DNA of 64,000 nucleotides from Eledone cirrhosa (taxonomy: Eukaryota): NCBI GenBank assembly GCA_964016885.1, contig OZ024746.1, positions 44,516,001-44,580,000 on the forward strand, read 5' to 3'. The stretch's first letter is position 1; each line of letters begins with the position of its first letter. The notes under the pieces are model-generated. The model saw nothing but the letters and a program-made list of their open reading frames with translations. It was not told the origin of the DNA and made no database searches. Below are positions 1-13,400 of the stretch, piece by piece. The position numbers and the translations under genes were made by a program.

Positions 1-497
1 GATAAAAAACGATCAGGTGAAGGTGCTGTGGGATTTTAGGATACAGACGGACAAGAAACTGGAACACAATAGACTTGACCTGGTGGTTGTGGACAAAGAA
101 AAAAGATCGTGCCTGATTGTGGATGTGGCCTTCCCATTCGAAACGAGAGTGCAAGAGAAGGAGAGGGAGAAAATAACCGATACCAGGACTTAAAGTGGGA
201 GGTAAAAAGGATTTGGAACTGCCATGAAGTCAAAGTGATCCCGATTGCCATAGGCGCACTAGGGACTATCTCAAAAAGTTTCCAGGGATGGTTAAAGAAA
301 ATTGGCCCCTTCACGCTTTTTGGAACGCTTCAGAAGGCATGCTTGCTGGGAACAGCAAGAACCCTCCGATACGTCCTGAATATCTGAGGCTGCAGGTAGT
401 GGCTTGATATTCATTTCAACAAACTTTCCAGTTAACTAACATCAATGACTGAGACTCAAAGAATAATAATAATAGTAATAATAATAATAATAATAAT
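1..497 (+). mobile_element. 3' fragment of R4/Dong-like non-LTR retrotransposon, family A (copy A1), with (TAA)n tail
   Basis: Near-identical to 13735-14231. Encodes the RLE C-terminus (...YQDLKWEVKRIW...LGTARTLRYVLNI*, stop 387) with a frameshift. Short 3' UTR, then TAA repeats ~462-497. Confidence 0.9.
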
Positions 498-1450
498 TGA
501 GCCCCAAAAAATTCGGACCCAAAATATATTGTTATAAGGCTCAAATATTCAAATATTCAACTTTGTATTGTACATTGTATATTCAAAAAAGAAAATGGCT
601 ATAAATTGAAGAAGAGCCCCCCCCCCCTCCTCTGTCTACGCTATATAGAACAGCCAAACAACACCAATCTCACCAACACCAGAAACTAGATACAACACCT
701 ACCCCATCACCTCTCTGTGTACACTAAACACAACAGCCAGATAACGGCAATTTCACCACCACCACTCACTACTGCCATCATTACCACCACTATCCCATCA
801 CCGGCGCCACCACTCCTTCATTGCTACCACCGCTACAACACCATCACTACAGTAATACGATCACATCACCACTGCCTCGGTATCGACATCACCACCACCA
901 CTGTCTCAGTATCGATACCGCCGCTACTGTCTCCCACATCTCCCCGCTGGCTGCTGCCACCACATTATAGAATTACTATTATAGAATTACTATTATTATT
1001 GTCTCAAATTTAAAAAAAAAATGTTTAATTCCAATTTTACGGGAATATGTCAACACAAAATATAATAAAAATATATATTAAACATACGAACGCAAACTCA
1101 CAGTTACTACATATCAGTAACCACAACGCCACCGCTGCCACCACCCCACCCCATCCATCATTGCTACCACTATCCCATCGTCGCCGCCACCACTCCTTCA
1201 ATGCTACCACCACTATTCCCCTGTTAACTTGAGAGAGAAAGGGGAAGGTGGCGGTATCACTAGACAAGGGAGAGGCTAGCAAAAGATAGATATAAATAGA
1301 TTGACTTAGTGACCTGGCCACGGCCAAACGTCAACATCAACAACTATGGGACTGCTGGCTCACCCCTTCCTCACCAACAATATAAAAAGCCCCGGCACCA
1401 CCACCGACATAGCCAACAACAATAACAGCCAACTACAACAAAAAGTATAT
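498..1450 (+). repeat. Recurring C/A-rich spacer or leader unit found between R4-like copies
   Basis: 499-970 matches 9811-10265 (tgagccccaaaaaattcggacccaaaatat...). ~1125-1267 matches ~5605-5744. Confidence 0.75.
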
Positions 1451-1464
1451 TATATTATTGTGAT

Positions 1465-1515
1465 GCACTGGGTGATTGCTGGCCTTGTGCCTGGAGTGGA
1501 GACAATTATTAATAA
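1465..1515 (+). mobile_element. 3' tip of a SINE-like repeat
   Basis: gcactgggtgattgctggccttgtgcct...gacaat matches the reverse complement of 26881-26922. Confidence 0.5.
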
Positions 1516-1595
1516 TTTCATTCTTAAGCCACGCAATGCTCACATTAAGGAACCACTCATGATAATAACAATTTAAAAAAACAACAAAAAAGAAA

Positions 1596-4500
1596 ACCCC
1601 GTGACCAAGACATACCGGGATGGCGGCCGGCGGGGAATAGCCGTGTCTCTAGGGGAGAACGACCCCTCTGGTCTTGGTTGACACTCGTTCTAGAAGTGGT
1701 AACACGAAATGATTACCCCTTGGCGGATAAGGATAAAACGCGACAAAATAAAGTAAATGTCTAATGATAAAATCTCATACCGGATCGGCCGTCACCCGGG
1801 TAAAAAAGGGCCGCGTCCCTCAGAGAGGAACCAGACTGGGGTCGAAAAATCAGCTAATGGTTCAAACCTTCCCATCACTTCGGAGCTGGAGACCTCCCAT
1901 AACCGGAATACTCCTACAGTTGGCCCTCCATGCTCACCACCAAGAAATCCAAAGAAAAAGAGAGAAAAATGGTCAAGGGAAGATAATAAAGAAGTCCTTG
2001 AGGCTTTCTACACTGCCATGTACTACCCATCAAATACATCGAATACAGAACAGACATATATCAACTGGAAAAAGAAACATCCCGAAAACAGAGGCTATAT
2101 TGACAGTAACAAACTAGCCAATATACGAAGAAATATTGTAAAAAAAAAGTTACTAACTGATATAGAAATTGATCAGATCAAGCTATTAGCACAAAGTCAG
2201 CGAAAGGAAAATGAAACATGTGTCAGTGAAAACGAGGTAAATTGTAACACTTCGAATCCCAGGGTTGGGGCGGAATCACTGGCAACAGAACAATTTAAAG
2301 AAAGGAGCGAAAAATTGGAGGGAGAGCATGCTCAGGATGAAACTCCAAATGAAAATAATGAGATCGTAAATGATAAAGAAATGAATGAGAATGAACTTGC
2401 CAACTTGAAGGATGAAATTATGATCGAATGGATGAAAATGAAAGAATCTGACATGGGGCAACGAGACACCCTCCCTAAGATCCAGAACTCCAAACAGAAC
2501 CAAAAGATAATACACAAGACTAACATAATTCTCAAAAACATTATCATCACAAACAAACTAAACATTACTGATTTAAATCATCTCTATTATGCATCGACTG
2601 AAGTCACCACTCACTTATGTGGAGTGAAGATGAAAAAACAAAGGAATTCCCACAAGAAATCTACTTGGCAAGAGAACATCAATCGCCAAATAAACCTTCT
2701 CCGATCTGACATAGACATTTTAACAAACTATAAAGTAGGTGAACATGTTAAACAAACTAAACTTAGAAAATTGAAAAAAAAGTACAGTATAAAATCAACA
2801 TGTGACATAGACATGCTGATAGAAATAATCAAGCAAAAAGTGTCGGCCAAAGCTGCTCGTATAAGGCGCTTTGAAAAACGATCTAGATTCTATAAGGACA
2901 ATAATATGTTCAAAAACAACCAAAGAAACATCTACAGAAAAATTGGTAAGTCAACAATAACTGCTAAATCAATACCACGCAAGGAGGAAGTGCAAGAATT
3001 CTGGGAAAAGATCTGGGCCGAAGAAAAAGTTCATAACATACATGCCCCATGGATAGACAGACAAATGAAAGATACAGCTCACCTTGAGGAACGAATATGG
3101 GAAAATATAACAGTTGAACAGTTGCGCTTGGCTCTAAGAAAAACCAGCAAGTGGAAATCCCCAGGAAAAGAAAAAATACAAAGCTTTTGGATAAATGCCT
3201 TCACAGAGTCTCATGAGCTGTTAGCCCAACTTTACAATGAAATAGTTAAGGAGCCAGAAAAGATACCATCATGGCGAGTTAACGGCATTACATTCCTGCT
3301 TCCGAAGAATGATGAGACAAACAATCCCCAAAATTACAGACCGATAACTTGCTTGACTGTGGTATGAAATTTTAACATCAGTCCTAACTGAATACACATA
3401 TGACCACCTGATAACAAATGACCTATTTCCCATTGAGCAGAAAGGGTGTAAACGAGGCTCATATGGCTGTAAGGATCAGCTTCTGGTTAACAAAATGATA
3501 CTGGAAGATTGTCATAATAGACACAAAAATCTATCCATTGCTTAGATAGATTATAAAAAAGCATTCGATAGTTTGCCACACAGTTGGATTGAAAAATGTT
3601 TAGAGATTTTCAAAATATCCCCCGTTGTCAGGAGGTTTTTGTCATTCAGTATGAAGACATGGAAAACGACACTCCTTTTGAATAGTGAGACAAAATCACT
3701 GGAAGGTGGAGAAGTTAATATTAATTGTGGAATTTTTCAGGGTGACTCTTTATCACCGCTTTTATTATGCATCGCACTTATACCATTAAGTAAAATGCTC
3801 AATGAAACAAAACATGGATATAAAGTCTATGACAAAACCATTAATCACCTGTTCTACATGGATAACCTGAAACTATTTGCAAAAAATGATGAACAATTGC
3901 AAGGGCTATTATCCACTGTGGAGCAGTTCAGTGATGACATTAAAATGGAGTTTGGACTAGACAAATGCGCCAAAGCAACGTTCACCAGAGGAAAGCTGCT
4001 GAAGAGTTCAGACATTAATCTTGATCGGGGGAACGTGATAAGAGAACTTGATCAAGAAAAGACTTACAAATATCTAGGTGTTTGTGAAGGAGACGGAATC
4101 AAGCACTCGACAATGAGGGAAAGGATAAGGAAGGAATGTTACCGCAGAGTAAGAGCAATCTTAAGAACGGAATTGAATGCAAGGAATAGGATAGATGCCA
4201 TAAACACGCTTGCCATGCCAGTAGTAACCTACAGTTACAATGTCATCAACTGGTCAAGCACAGAGATCCGTAGGCTCGATACAAACATTCGAAAACTCTT
4301 AACCATGCACAGAATGCATCACCCTAAGGCAGATATAGATAGGATATATCTCTCTAGGAAAGAAGGAGGACGTGGGTTAATCCAGTTAGACATTGCGTTG
4401 AAAACTGCAACAAGTGGATTATCTACATATCTAAGGGAATCACATGATTGGATGATCAAACTCGTTTTGAAACACGAAAGCATCAAAAGATCATATTCCA

Positions 4501-5571
4501 TTACAAAAGATGCACAAAGATACAGTAATGGACTACACATTTCAGAAGTCCCATTTACTGCTGAAATGGAAAACACAGAAAAAGCAAAGCAGGTAAAAGT
4601 AACTGCAAAGAAAGAACTGCTACAGAAACTGGCTAAGAAATGGCAAGAAAAGTCTCTGTATGGCAAATACCCAGAGCGAGCTAACAATCCTGATGTTGAC
4701 AAAACTTTAACCCATCAGTGGTTGGCATCCTCTGGACTGAAATCGGAGACTGAAGGACTGATTATATCAGCACAAGATCAGTGTCTGCCAACAAAAAATT
4801 ACCAAGCCAACATAATAAAAAATGGATGCAGCCCATTATGCCGTGTATGCAAAAAACAACCAGAGACCATTGACCATATAATTTCAATGTGCAGTCCTAT
4901 AGCTCCAACCAAATACCTAAACAGGCATGACAGAGCTGCACAATACATACATTGGATAATGTGTAAGCATTTTGACCTGCCCCATCAAAAGAATTTGTGG
5001 GAGCATCAACCACCTCCCATACTTGAAAAAGATCACATCTCAATCTTGTGGAACTTTAGCATCCAAACAGACCGAAAAATAGATGCAAATAGACCTGATA
5101 TAATATTGAAGGACTTCAAAAAGAGGGTATGCCTGCTAATTGATATGTCTGTTCCAATAGACAAGAATGTATCTATAAAAACATTTGAAAAATTGAGCAA
5201 GTATAAGGACCTGGAGATAGAAATTGGAAAAATGTGGAAATTGAGAACTAAAACAATACCAGTGGTTGTAGGCGCTCTGGGAATGATATCTAAGGGGTCT
5301 AATGATTACTAATCGCAAATCCCAGGAAACCCGCGTATAGGAGAAATACAAAAGATAGTACTAATGGGAACTGCCCATATACAAAGGAAGATTCTGTCAA
5401 TATAAGTACATCACAAGTCTAAACACTAAAGGTGTATGTGTGAGTATGTATGTTCTTTCTTGAACATGGCGGACTTTGTTGTCTCTTGAGGTCACTGGTT
5501 GTGACTTGGTGATAACTCGTATGAACATAAAGCAAGATAAATGCAACTGTAATAATAATAATAATAATAAT
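1596..5571 (+). mobile_element. Near full-length R4/Dong-like non-LTR retrotransposon, family B (inactivated)
   Basis: Structured 5' leader, single RT+CCHC+RLE reading frame, short 3' UTR and (TAA)n tail at 5550-5571. Homologous to family A in protein but divergent in DNA. Confidence 0.9.
1757..5405 (+). pseudogene. RT + CCHC + restriction-like endonuclease polyprotein, disrupted
   Basis: Motifs WKSPG, NYRPITCL, GIFQGDSLSP, CRVCKKQPETIDHIISMC, RHD, RPDIILKD. Catalytic YMDD is changed to YMDN, there is a frameshift near 3363 and an in-frame stop at 5310-5312. The homologous C-terminus (LMGTAHIQRKILSI*) ends at 5405. Confidence 0.9.
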
Positions 5572-6306
5572 TAAAACTCAGTAACGACAACGCCCTCACT
5601 ATAGTCACCGCCGCCACCACTCCATCCATCATTGCTACCACTATCCCATCACCGCCGCCACCACTCCTTCATTGCTACCACCACTATTCCCCCATTACCT
5701 TCTATTAACTTACGAAAGGGGAAGGTGGCGGTATCACTAGACAATATTAATAAACGATATTAATATTTAATTTTGGATCAGGAATGTTAGAGTCGAAAAG
5801 GAGGAAAATAACAAAATGACTAAATAGCTAAATAGCTAAATGACTAAGTGGACAGAGAAGATAATTCCACCACCAACACCACCACCACTCCCACGCTAAA
5901 CATTTCTACTTCAACTTCAACACCATCGCTACAGTACTACGATCACATCACCACCACCACTGCCTCATTATCGCTACCGCCGCTATTCTCTCCCACTACC
6001 TCCTGCTAAGTACTACTAGCACAGAACCACCACCACCACTACCACCACTGCCTCATTATCACTACCGCCGATATTCTCTCCCACTACCTCCTGCTACCTC
6101 GTAGTGTCCCCACTAAAAGAGGAAGGCATCAAAATATATAAATAGACTAATCTGATGACCCGGTCAAAATGAAAATCAAAAAACAAAAAATCAAAATCAA
6201 AGCAGCATAGCAACAACGAAAAACGCAAAAAGAAAGAAAAATGAAAAGAAAAGAAAAATGAAAAGAAAAGAAAAACAAACAGACGGACAGAGAAGGGAGG
6301 GGAAAA
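5572..6306 (+). repeat. Second copy of the C/A-rich spacer or leader unit
   Basis: Shares blocks with 1125-1267, 820-950 and 10120-10310 (e.g. aaaagaggaaggcatcaaaatatata). Confidence 0.65.
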
Positions 6307-9300
6307 TCTAAGTCAGACATTCAAACATTGCATTACAATGAAACTTATGCTTATTCTTTTTTGTTTCTTTTTTTTCTGCCTGTTTGATTGTTTGTTTATT
6401 TATGTTCGTCTACAGCGTGATAGTGCCACACAAAAATCACCGGGAGTGACGAAAACAACGGAGGTGATGAAATCACCGGTGGTTATGTAACCATACATTC
6501 ACCAATCCTCGATAAGAGTGTTTCAATGTCGAACCTAAACAGTTCGAATAACGGTGAAGTGGAGACTAGAATGTCATGTGACAGACTCTCACCCAGCAGG
6601 TGCTCCCTGGCTCAGCAGCAGGGACCTGGCTGTCAACCAAATGCCGCTGGTGTCGGAGGAAGAAGAAGAAGGAAAGGGACCAGAACCAACTGGACGAAAG
6701 AATTGAATAGAACTGTTATGCAATGTTACCTGAAGAGTAACCCCAAGGAGAAAGGCTATAAGAAACGGATGCATAACATCTGGAACGAGATTGGTCTATT
6801 TAAATTAGATGAACAAAAATTGGCCGGGCAAGCTCGGGTAATAAGAACTAATGGGTGGGTAAGCGAGCTGGAACTGGAGGAAATGAGCAGAGAGACAAGC
6901 TTGGAAATGGAGGGTGGAGTATGCCAGGCAAACGAGCCAGTGGGAAATTAAGGTGAAGAGGTTGAGAGAACGGAGGAACCATCCGAAGCAGACAATGATC
7001 TGAATGCTGAAATAAATAATACCTGGAACAGAGATACGGCCATTGAGGGGATGAATGCTGACGGGCTAGGACAAGATTTGGTTGATATCCTAAACCTAGT
7101 GGTAGATGAATTGAACAATGATAGTGGGAAACCTATGAACCTAAGATTTGTAGACAGGAAAAAGTTAAAAGAAACAACAGCTAAGGTAAACAAAGTCATC
7201 CCATACCTTGAGGCGAGGAGCCTTCACCAGTGCAACATCTTAAAGCCACAGCAAATACGGTGAGGAAATTACATGGTATAAAAGCGAGAGGAAACAACAA
7301 ACAAGAAAGATCAGAGCCTTGGTGGAAGAAACGACTGAGTGGTCAAATCAGGGAAATGAGAAATGACATTGGATTGGAAAGCTTGAGTCCCTACTGAATG
7401 GGACACTAAAAAACATAGACACTCAAAATAGACTGGAAATAAAGTACAAAACTAGGAGGAAAAGTTTGAGGGGAAAGAAAGAGGCGGAACAAACTAAAAC
7501 ATCATGGAGAGGAATATGGGAGCAGGATGTTAAACATAATGACCAGGCAGTGTGGATTGAGACAGTACAGAAGGAGATTAGTGAACAGGCACACCAACAA
7601 ACTGACTTGAGTATCACAGTTGAAACTCTTAAGGGGCAGGCCAAAAAGCTAACCAACTGGAAATCACCAGGCCCAGATGGTGTGCAGGGGTATTGGATTA
7701 AAAATATAACATCCCTCCACCCAAAACTGACAACCATGTTCAATGACTGCTTGATGTCAGGTGAGGTACCAGAGTGGTTGAAAAAAGGTACCACAGTTCT
7801 GGTAATGAAGGACAGAATCAAGGGTAATGATGTTACTAACTATAGACCTATCACATGTCTGTCCGTAATGTGGAAACTGTCGACAAGCATTATTTCTGAG
7901 GAAATCTACCATCACATCCACACAAACAACTTGTTACCGGACGAACAGAAAGGATGCCGAAAGAAGTCCAGTGGTACAAAGGACCAGTTACTTATTGATA
8001 ATATGGTAATGAGGAATTGCAAGAGGCGACACACTGGTCTTGCCATGGGATGGATAGACTACAAAAAGGCATTTGACATGCTGCCTCATTCTTGGATCAC
8101 CAAAAGCCTAGAGATTTTCAAGGTGGCAGATAACATCAGACAGTTGTTGGGCAAAAGTATGAAGTCCTGGGAAACAGAGTTAACATCAGCTGGAGAATCC
8201 CTGGGAGGCGTGAAGATCAAGAGAGGTATCTTCCAGGGAGATAGTCTGTCCCCTCTGTTGTTTGTCCTTGCCCTCATGCCCCTGACCATTATACTGAGAA
8301 AAGTGAGAGCAGGATACAAGTTGGGAAAGGGAGAGCTTACCATCAATCACCTCCTCTTCATGGACGATCATTAAGCTCTTCGGGAGTAGCGAGAAGGAGT
8401 TGGATGTGCTTGTTGACATTATCCGTATTTTCAGGAATGATATATGTATGCAATTTGGTATTAGTAAGTGTGGAGTCCTTGTGATGAAGAGGGGTAAATT
8501 GAGCAGAAGCCACGGAATCCAGGTACCAACAGGTGAGATGATAAAGGAAATTGACACTGAAGTGCGGGAATTCTGAGATGGAATGTTGCTGAACAAAGAG
8601 AAATTGATAGGAAGACTAGGAACTTATTGACTATCAACAACATCTTCACAAGAGGAGTGCTGTCGATAGACTCTACTTAAGGAGAACTGAAGGTGGAAGA
8701 GATCTTATCAGCATAGAGGACTGTGTTCAGATGAAAAAAAAAACAACCTACACAAATACGTGACTGATAGTAAGGAGCCAATGCTCAGAACTGTACTGAA
8801 GGAGAGGACAATAGACCAGGGGATGTCCAGGGAGGAAATAACAACAAGGAGAAAGAGCAGCCTTCAGGAAAAATCCCTTCATAGTACCTTCTTTGAGAAA
8901 ACTGAATTCAGAGATCCACAGACATGGAACTGGTTGAAAAGAGGAGACCTTAAAAAGGCTACAGAAGGAATGTTAATGGCTGCGCAAGAGCAGGCCCTCA
9001 AAACGAAGTGGTTGAAACACCATATTTACAAGGAGGAGGTAGCCCACTGTGCAGGATCTGTGGAGAGAGAGAGGAGACTGTGGCTCACATTGTATCCGAG
9101 TGTAAACACCTAGCGCAGACTCACTATAAGGGCTGGAGACATGATGTGATGGGCAGGGTGATCCACTGGCACCTATGCAAAGTAAACAATTTACCACATT
9201 CTGAGAAGTGGTGTGAGCATAATCCAGAGTCGGTGATAGAAAACGATCAGTTGAAGGTGCTGTGGCATTTTAGGATACAGACGGACAAGAAACTGGAACA

Positions 9301-9699
9301 CAATAAACCTGACCTGGTGGTTTTGGACAAAGAAAAAAGATCGTGCCTGATTGTGGATGTGGCCTGCCCATTCGACACGAGAGTGAGGGAGAAAATTAAC
9401 CGATACCAGGACTTAAAGTGGGAGGTAAAAAGGATTTGGAACTGCCATGATGTCAAAGTGGTCCCGATTGTCATAGGCGCACTAGGTACTATCTCGAAAA
9501 TTTTCCAGGGATGGTTAAAGAAAATTGGCCCCGCCACGCTTTTTGGAACGCTTCAAAAGGCATGCTTGCTGGGAACAGCAAGAACCCCCCGATACGTCCT
9601 GAATATCTGACTCTGCAGGTAGTGGCTTGATATTCATTTCAACAAACTTTCCAGTTAACTAACATCAATGACTGAGACTCACAGAACAACAACAACAAC

Positions 9700-9736
<37 letters not shown>
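6307..9736 (+). mobile_element. R4/Dong-like family A copy A2, degenerate
   Basis: Colinear with 10493-14231, but has a stop at 6951, frameshifts and internal deletions near 7460 and 8560. C-terminal stop at 9610; (AAC)/(AAT)n tail at 9685-9736. Confidence 0.92.
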
Positions 9737-10492
9737 TTGAATTTTTAACATATTTAAACCATTTGTGAAATAACAACTCTTAGTACAAATGCTACGTAAA
9801 GCACCCGGCTTGAGCCCCAAAAAATTCGGACCCAAAATATATTGTTATAAGGCTCAAATATTCAAATATTCAACTTTGTATTGTACACTGTATATCCAAA
9901 AAAGAAAATGGCTATAAATGGAAGAAGAACCCCCCCCCCTCCTCCTCTGTATACACTATATAGAACAGCCAAACTCACCAACACCAGAAACTAGATACAC
10001 CACCCACCCTATCACCTGTGTACACTAAACCACCACCGATCACTACGGCCATCATTACAACCATTATCCCATCACCGCCGCCACCACCCCTTCACTCCTT
10101 CACTGCTGCCACCGCTACAGCACCATCGCTACAGTAATACGGTCACATCACCGCCACCACTGCCTCGGTATCGACATCACCACCACCACTGTCTCAGTAT
10201 CGCTACCGCCGCCAGTCTCCCACTTCTTCTTTTAGCTGGCTGCTGCCACCACATTATAGAATCCCTACTGCTAAAAAAGAGGAAGGCATCAAAATATATA
10301 GATAGACTCAAAAGAAAAAAGAAAAAATAAACAACAAAAGCAGCACAGCAACAACAGTAAAAAACGAGAAAAACAGAGAAAAACAAAAACAAAAAAAGAA
10401 ACCCCCAAAACGTAAAGAAAATAAGAATGAAGAGAGAGGCAGGCGGACGGACAGAGAAGAGGGGGGAAAAAGTAAAACTTAAAAAACAAAAA
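9737..10492 (+). repeat. Third copy of the spacer or leader unit, possibly the long 5' UTR of family A
   Basis: 9811-10265 matches 499-970 and 10271-10310 matches 6113-6148. Runs directly into copy A3. Confidence 0.7.
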
Positions 10493-13400
10493 CTAAGTCA
10501 GACATTCGAATACTACATTACAATGAAACTTATGCTTATTCATTTTTGGGGCCCTTTCTGCCCGTGTGTTTGTTTGTTTATGTGTGTCCGTATACAGCGT
10601 GGTGATAATGCCACACAAGGGCCAAGTGGGATGGCGGATCCACAGATGGCTATGTAAACATACATTCGCCAATCCTCGATAAGAGTGTTTAAATATCGAA
10701 CATAAACAGTTCGAATAACGGTGAAATGGAGACTAGAACGTCATGTGACAGACTCTCACCCAACAGGTGCCCCCTGGCCCAGCAGCAGGAACCTGACTGT
10801 CAACGAAATACTGCTGATGTTGGAGGAAGAAGAAGAAGGAAAGGGGCCAGAACCAACTGGACGAAAGAATTGAATAGAACTGTTATGCAATGCTACCTGA
10901 AAAGTAACCCCAAGGAGAGGGGCTACAGGAGACGGATGCATAACATCTGGAACGAGATTGGTTTATTTAAATTAGATGAACAAAAATTGGCCGGGCAGGC
11001 TCGGGTAATAAGAACTAATGGGTGGATAAGCGAGCTGGAACTGGAGGAACTGAGCAGAGAGAATGGCTTGGAGATGGCGGGTGTAGTATGCCAGACAAGC
11101 GAGCCGGCGGGAAATGAAGGTGAGGAGGTCCTGAGAGCGGAGGAACCACCCGAAGCAGACAATGATCTGAATACTGAGATAAATAATACCTGGAACAGAG
11201 ATACGGCCACTGAGGAGATGAATGCTGACGGGCTAGGACAAGATTCGGTTGACATCCTAAATTTAGTGGTAGATGAGTTGAACAATGATAGTGGGAGACC
11301 TATGAACCTAAGATTTGTAGACAGGAAAAAGTTAAAAGAAACAACAGCTAAGGTAAACAAAGTCATCCCATACCTTGAGGCGAGGAGTCTTCACCAGTGC
11401 AACAATATCCTCAAAGCAACAGCAAATACGGTGAGGAAACTACTTGGTATAAAAGCGAGAGGAAACAACAGACAAGAAAGAGCAGAGCCGTGGTGGAAGA
11501 AGCGACTGAGTGGGCAAATCGGGGAAATGAGAAATGACATAGGAAAGCTTGAGTCACTACTGAATGGGACACTAAAAAACATAGGCACTAAAAATAGACT
11601 GGAAATAAAATACAAAACTAGGAGTAAAAAGCTAAATATTATCATAGAGGAATTGAAGCAACGCATTGTAGCAAAGAGTGCCAAAATCAGGCGATACGAG
11701 AACAGAGTCAGTCAGTATAAACAGAACCGCATGTTCGACAACAACCAGAAGATGCTGTTTGGACAGCTTGAGGGGAAAGAAAGAGGCACCGACTTGATCC
11801 CTGGGGCGGAACAAGCTAAAACATTCTGGAGAGGAATATGGGAGCAGGATGTTAGACACAATGCCCAGGCAGGGTGGATTGAGACAGTACAGAGGGAGAT
11901 CGGTGAGCAGGCACAGCAACAGACTGATTTGAGTATCACAGTTGAAACTCTTAAGGGGCAAGCCAAAAAACTAACCAACTGGAAATCACCAGGCCCAGAT
12001 GGTGTGCAGGGGTATTGGATTAAACATTTAACATCCCTCCACCCGAAGCTGACGGCCATGTTCAATGACTGCTTGGTGTCGGGTGAGGTGCCAGAGTGGT
12101 TGACAAAAGGTACCACAGTTCTGATAATGAAAGACCGAATCAAGGGTAATGATGTTACCAACTATAGACCTATCACATGTCTGCCCGTAATGTGGAAACT
12201 GTTGACGAGCATTGTGTCTGAGGAAATCTACCATCACCTCCACACAAACAACTTGTTGCCGGACGAACAGAAAGGATGCCGAAAGAAGTCACGTGGTACA
12301 AAGGACCAGTTGCTTATTGATAAGATGGTAATGGGGAATTGCAGGAGGAGACACACTGATCTTGCCATGGGATGGATAGACTACAGAAAGGCATTTGACA
12401 TGGTGCCTCATTCCTGGATCACCAAAAGCCTGGAGATCTTCAGGGTGGCAGATAACATCAGAGAGTTGCTGGGCAGGAGTATGGGGTCCTGGGAGACAGA
12501 GTTGACATCAACTGGAGTATCCTTGGGAAGCGTGAAGATCAAGAGAGGTATCTTCCAGGGAGATAGCCTGTCCCCTCTGTTGTTTGTCCTTGCCCTGATG
12601 CCCTTGACCATTATGCTGCGAAAAGTGAGAGCAGGATACAAGTTGGGAAGGGGAGAGCTTACCATCAATCACCTCCTCTTCATGGACGATCTTAAGCTCT
12701 TCGGGAAAAGTGAGAAGGAGTTGGATGTGCTTGTTGACACTGTCCGTATTTTCAGCAGTGATATATGTATGCAGTTTGGTATTGGTAAATGTGGAGTCAT
12801 TGTGATGAGGAGGGGTAGGTTGAGCAGAAGTAACGGGATCCAGATACCAACAGGTGAGATGATAAAGGAAATTGACTCTGAGGAAGGATACAAGTATTTG
12901 GGCGTTCTGGAGGCTGATGGCATAAAGAACAAAAAAATGAAGGAATTGTTAAGAACTGAATACATTCGGAGAGTAAGGAGCGTATTGAAGTCACATCTGA
13001 ACAGCAGAAATGCCATAAGCGCAGTAAATTCCCGAGCTGTGTCTATTATTAGGTACAGTGCGGGAATTCTGAGATGGAATGTTGCTGAACAAAAAGAAAT
13101 GGATAGGAAGACTAGGAAGCTATTGACTATCTACAACATGTTCCACAAGAGGAGTGATGTCGATAGACTCTACCTAAGGAGATCTGAGGGTGGAAGAGGT
13201 CTTATCAGCATAGAGGACTGTGTTCAGATGGAGAAAAACAACCTATACAAATACGTGACCTATAGTAAGGAGCCAATGCTCAGAGCTGTACTGAAGGAGG
13301 GGAGAGTAGGCCAGGGGATACCCAAGGAGGAAATAACATCAAGGAGGAAGAGCAGCCTTAAGGGAAAATCCCTTCATAGTACCTTCTTTGAGAAAACTGA

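Noticed and set aside
6151-6176. ctgatga...gaaa hammerhead-like boxes
   Set aside because: No coherent stems I-III, and absent from the homologous spacer at ~10305.
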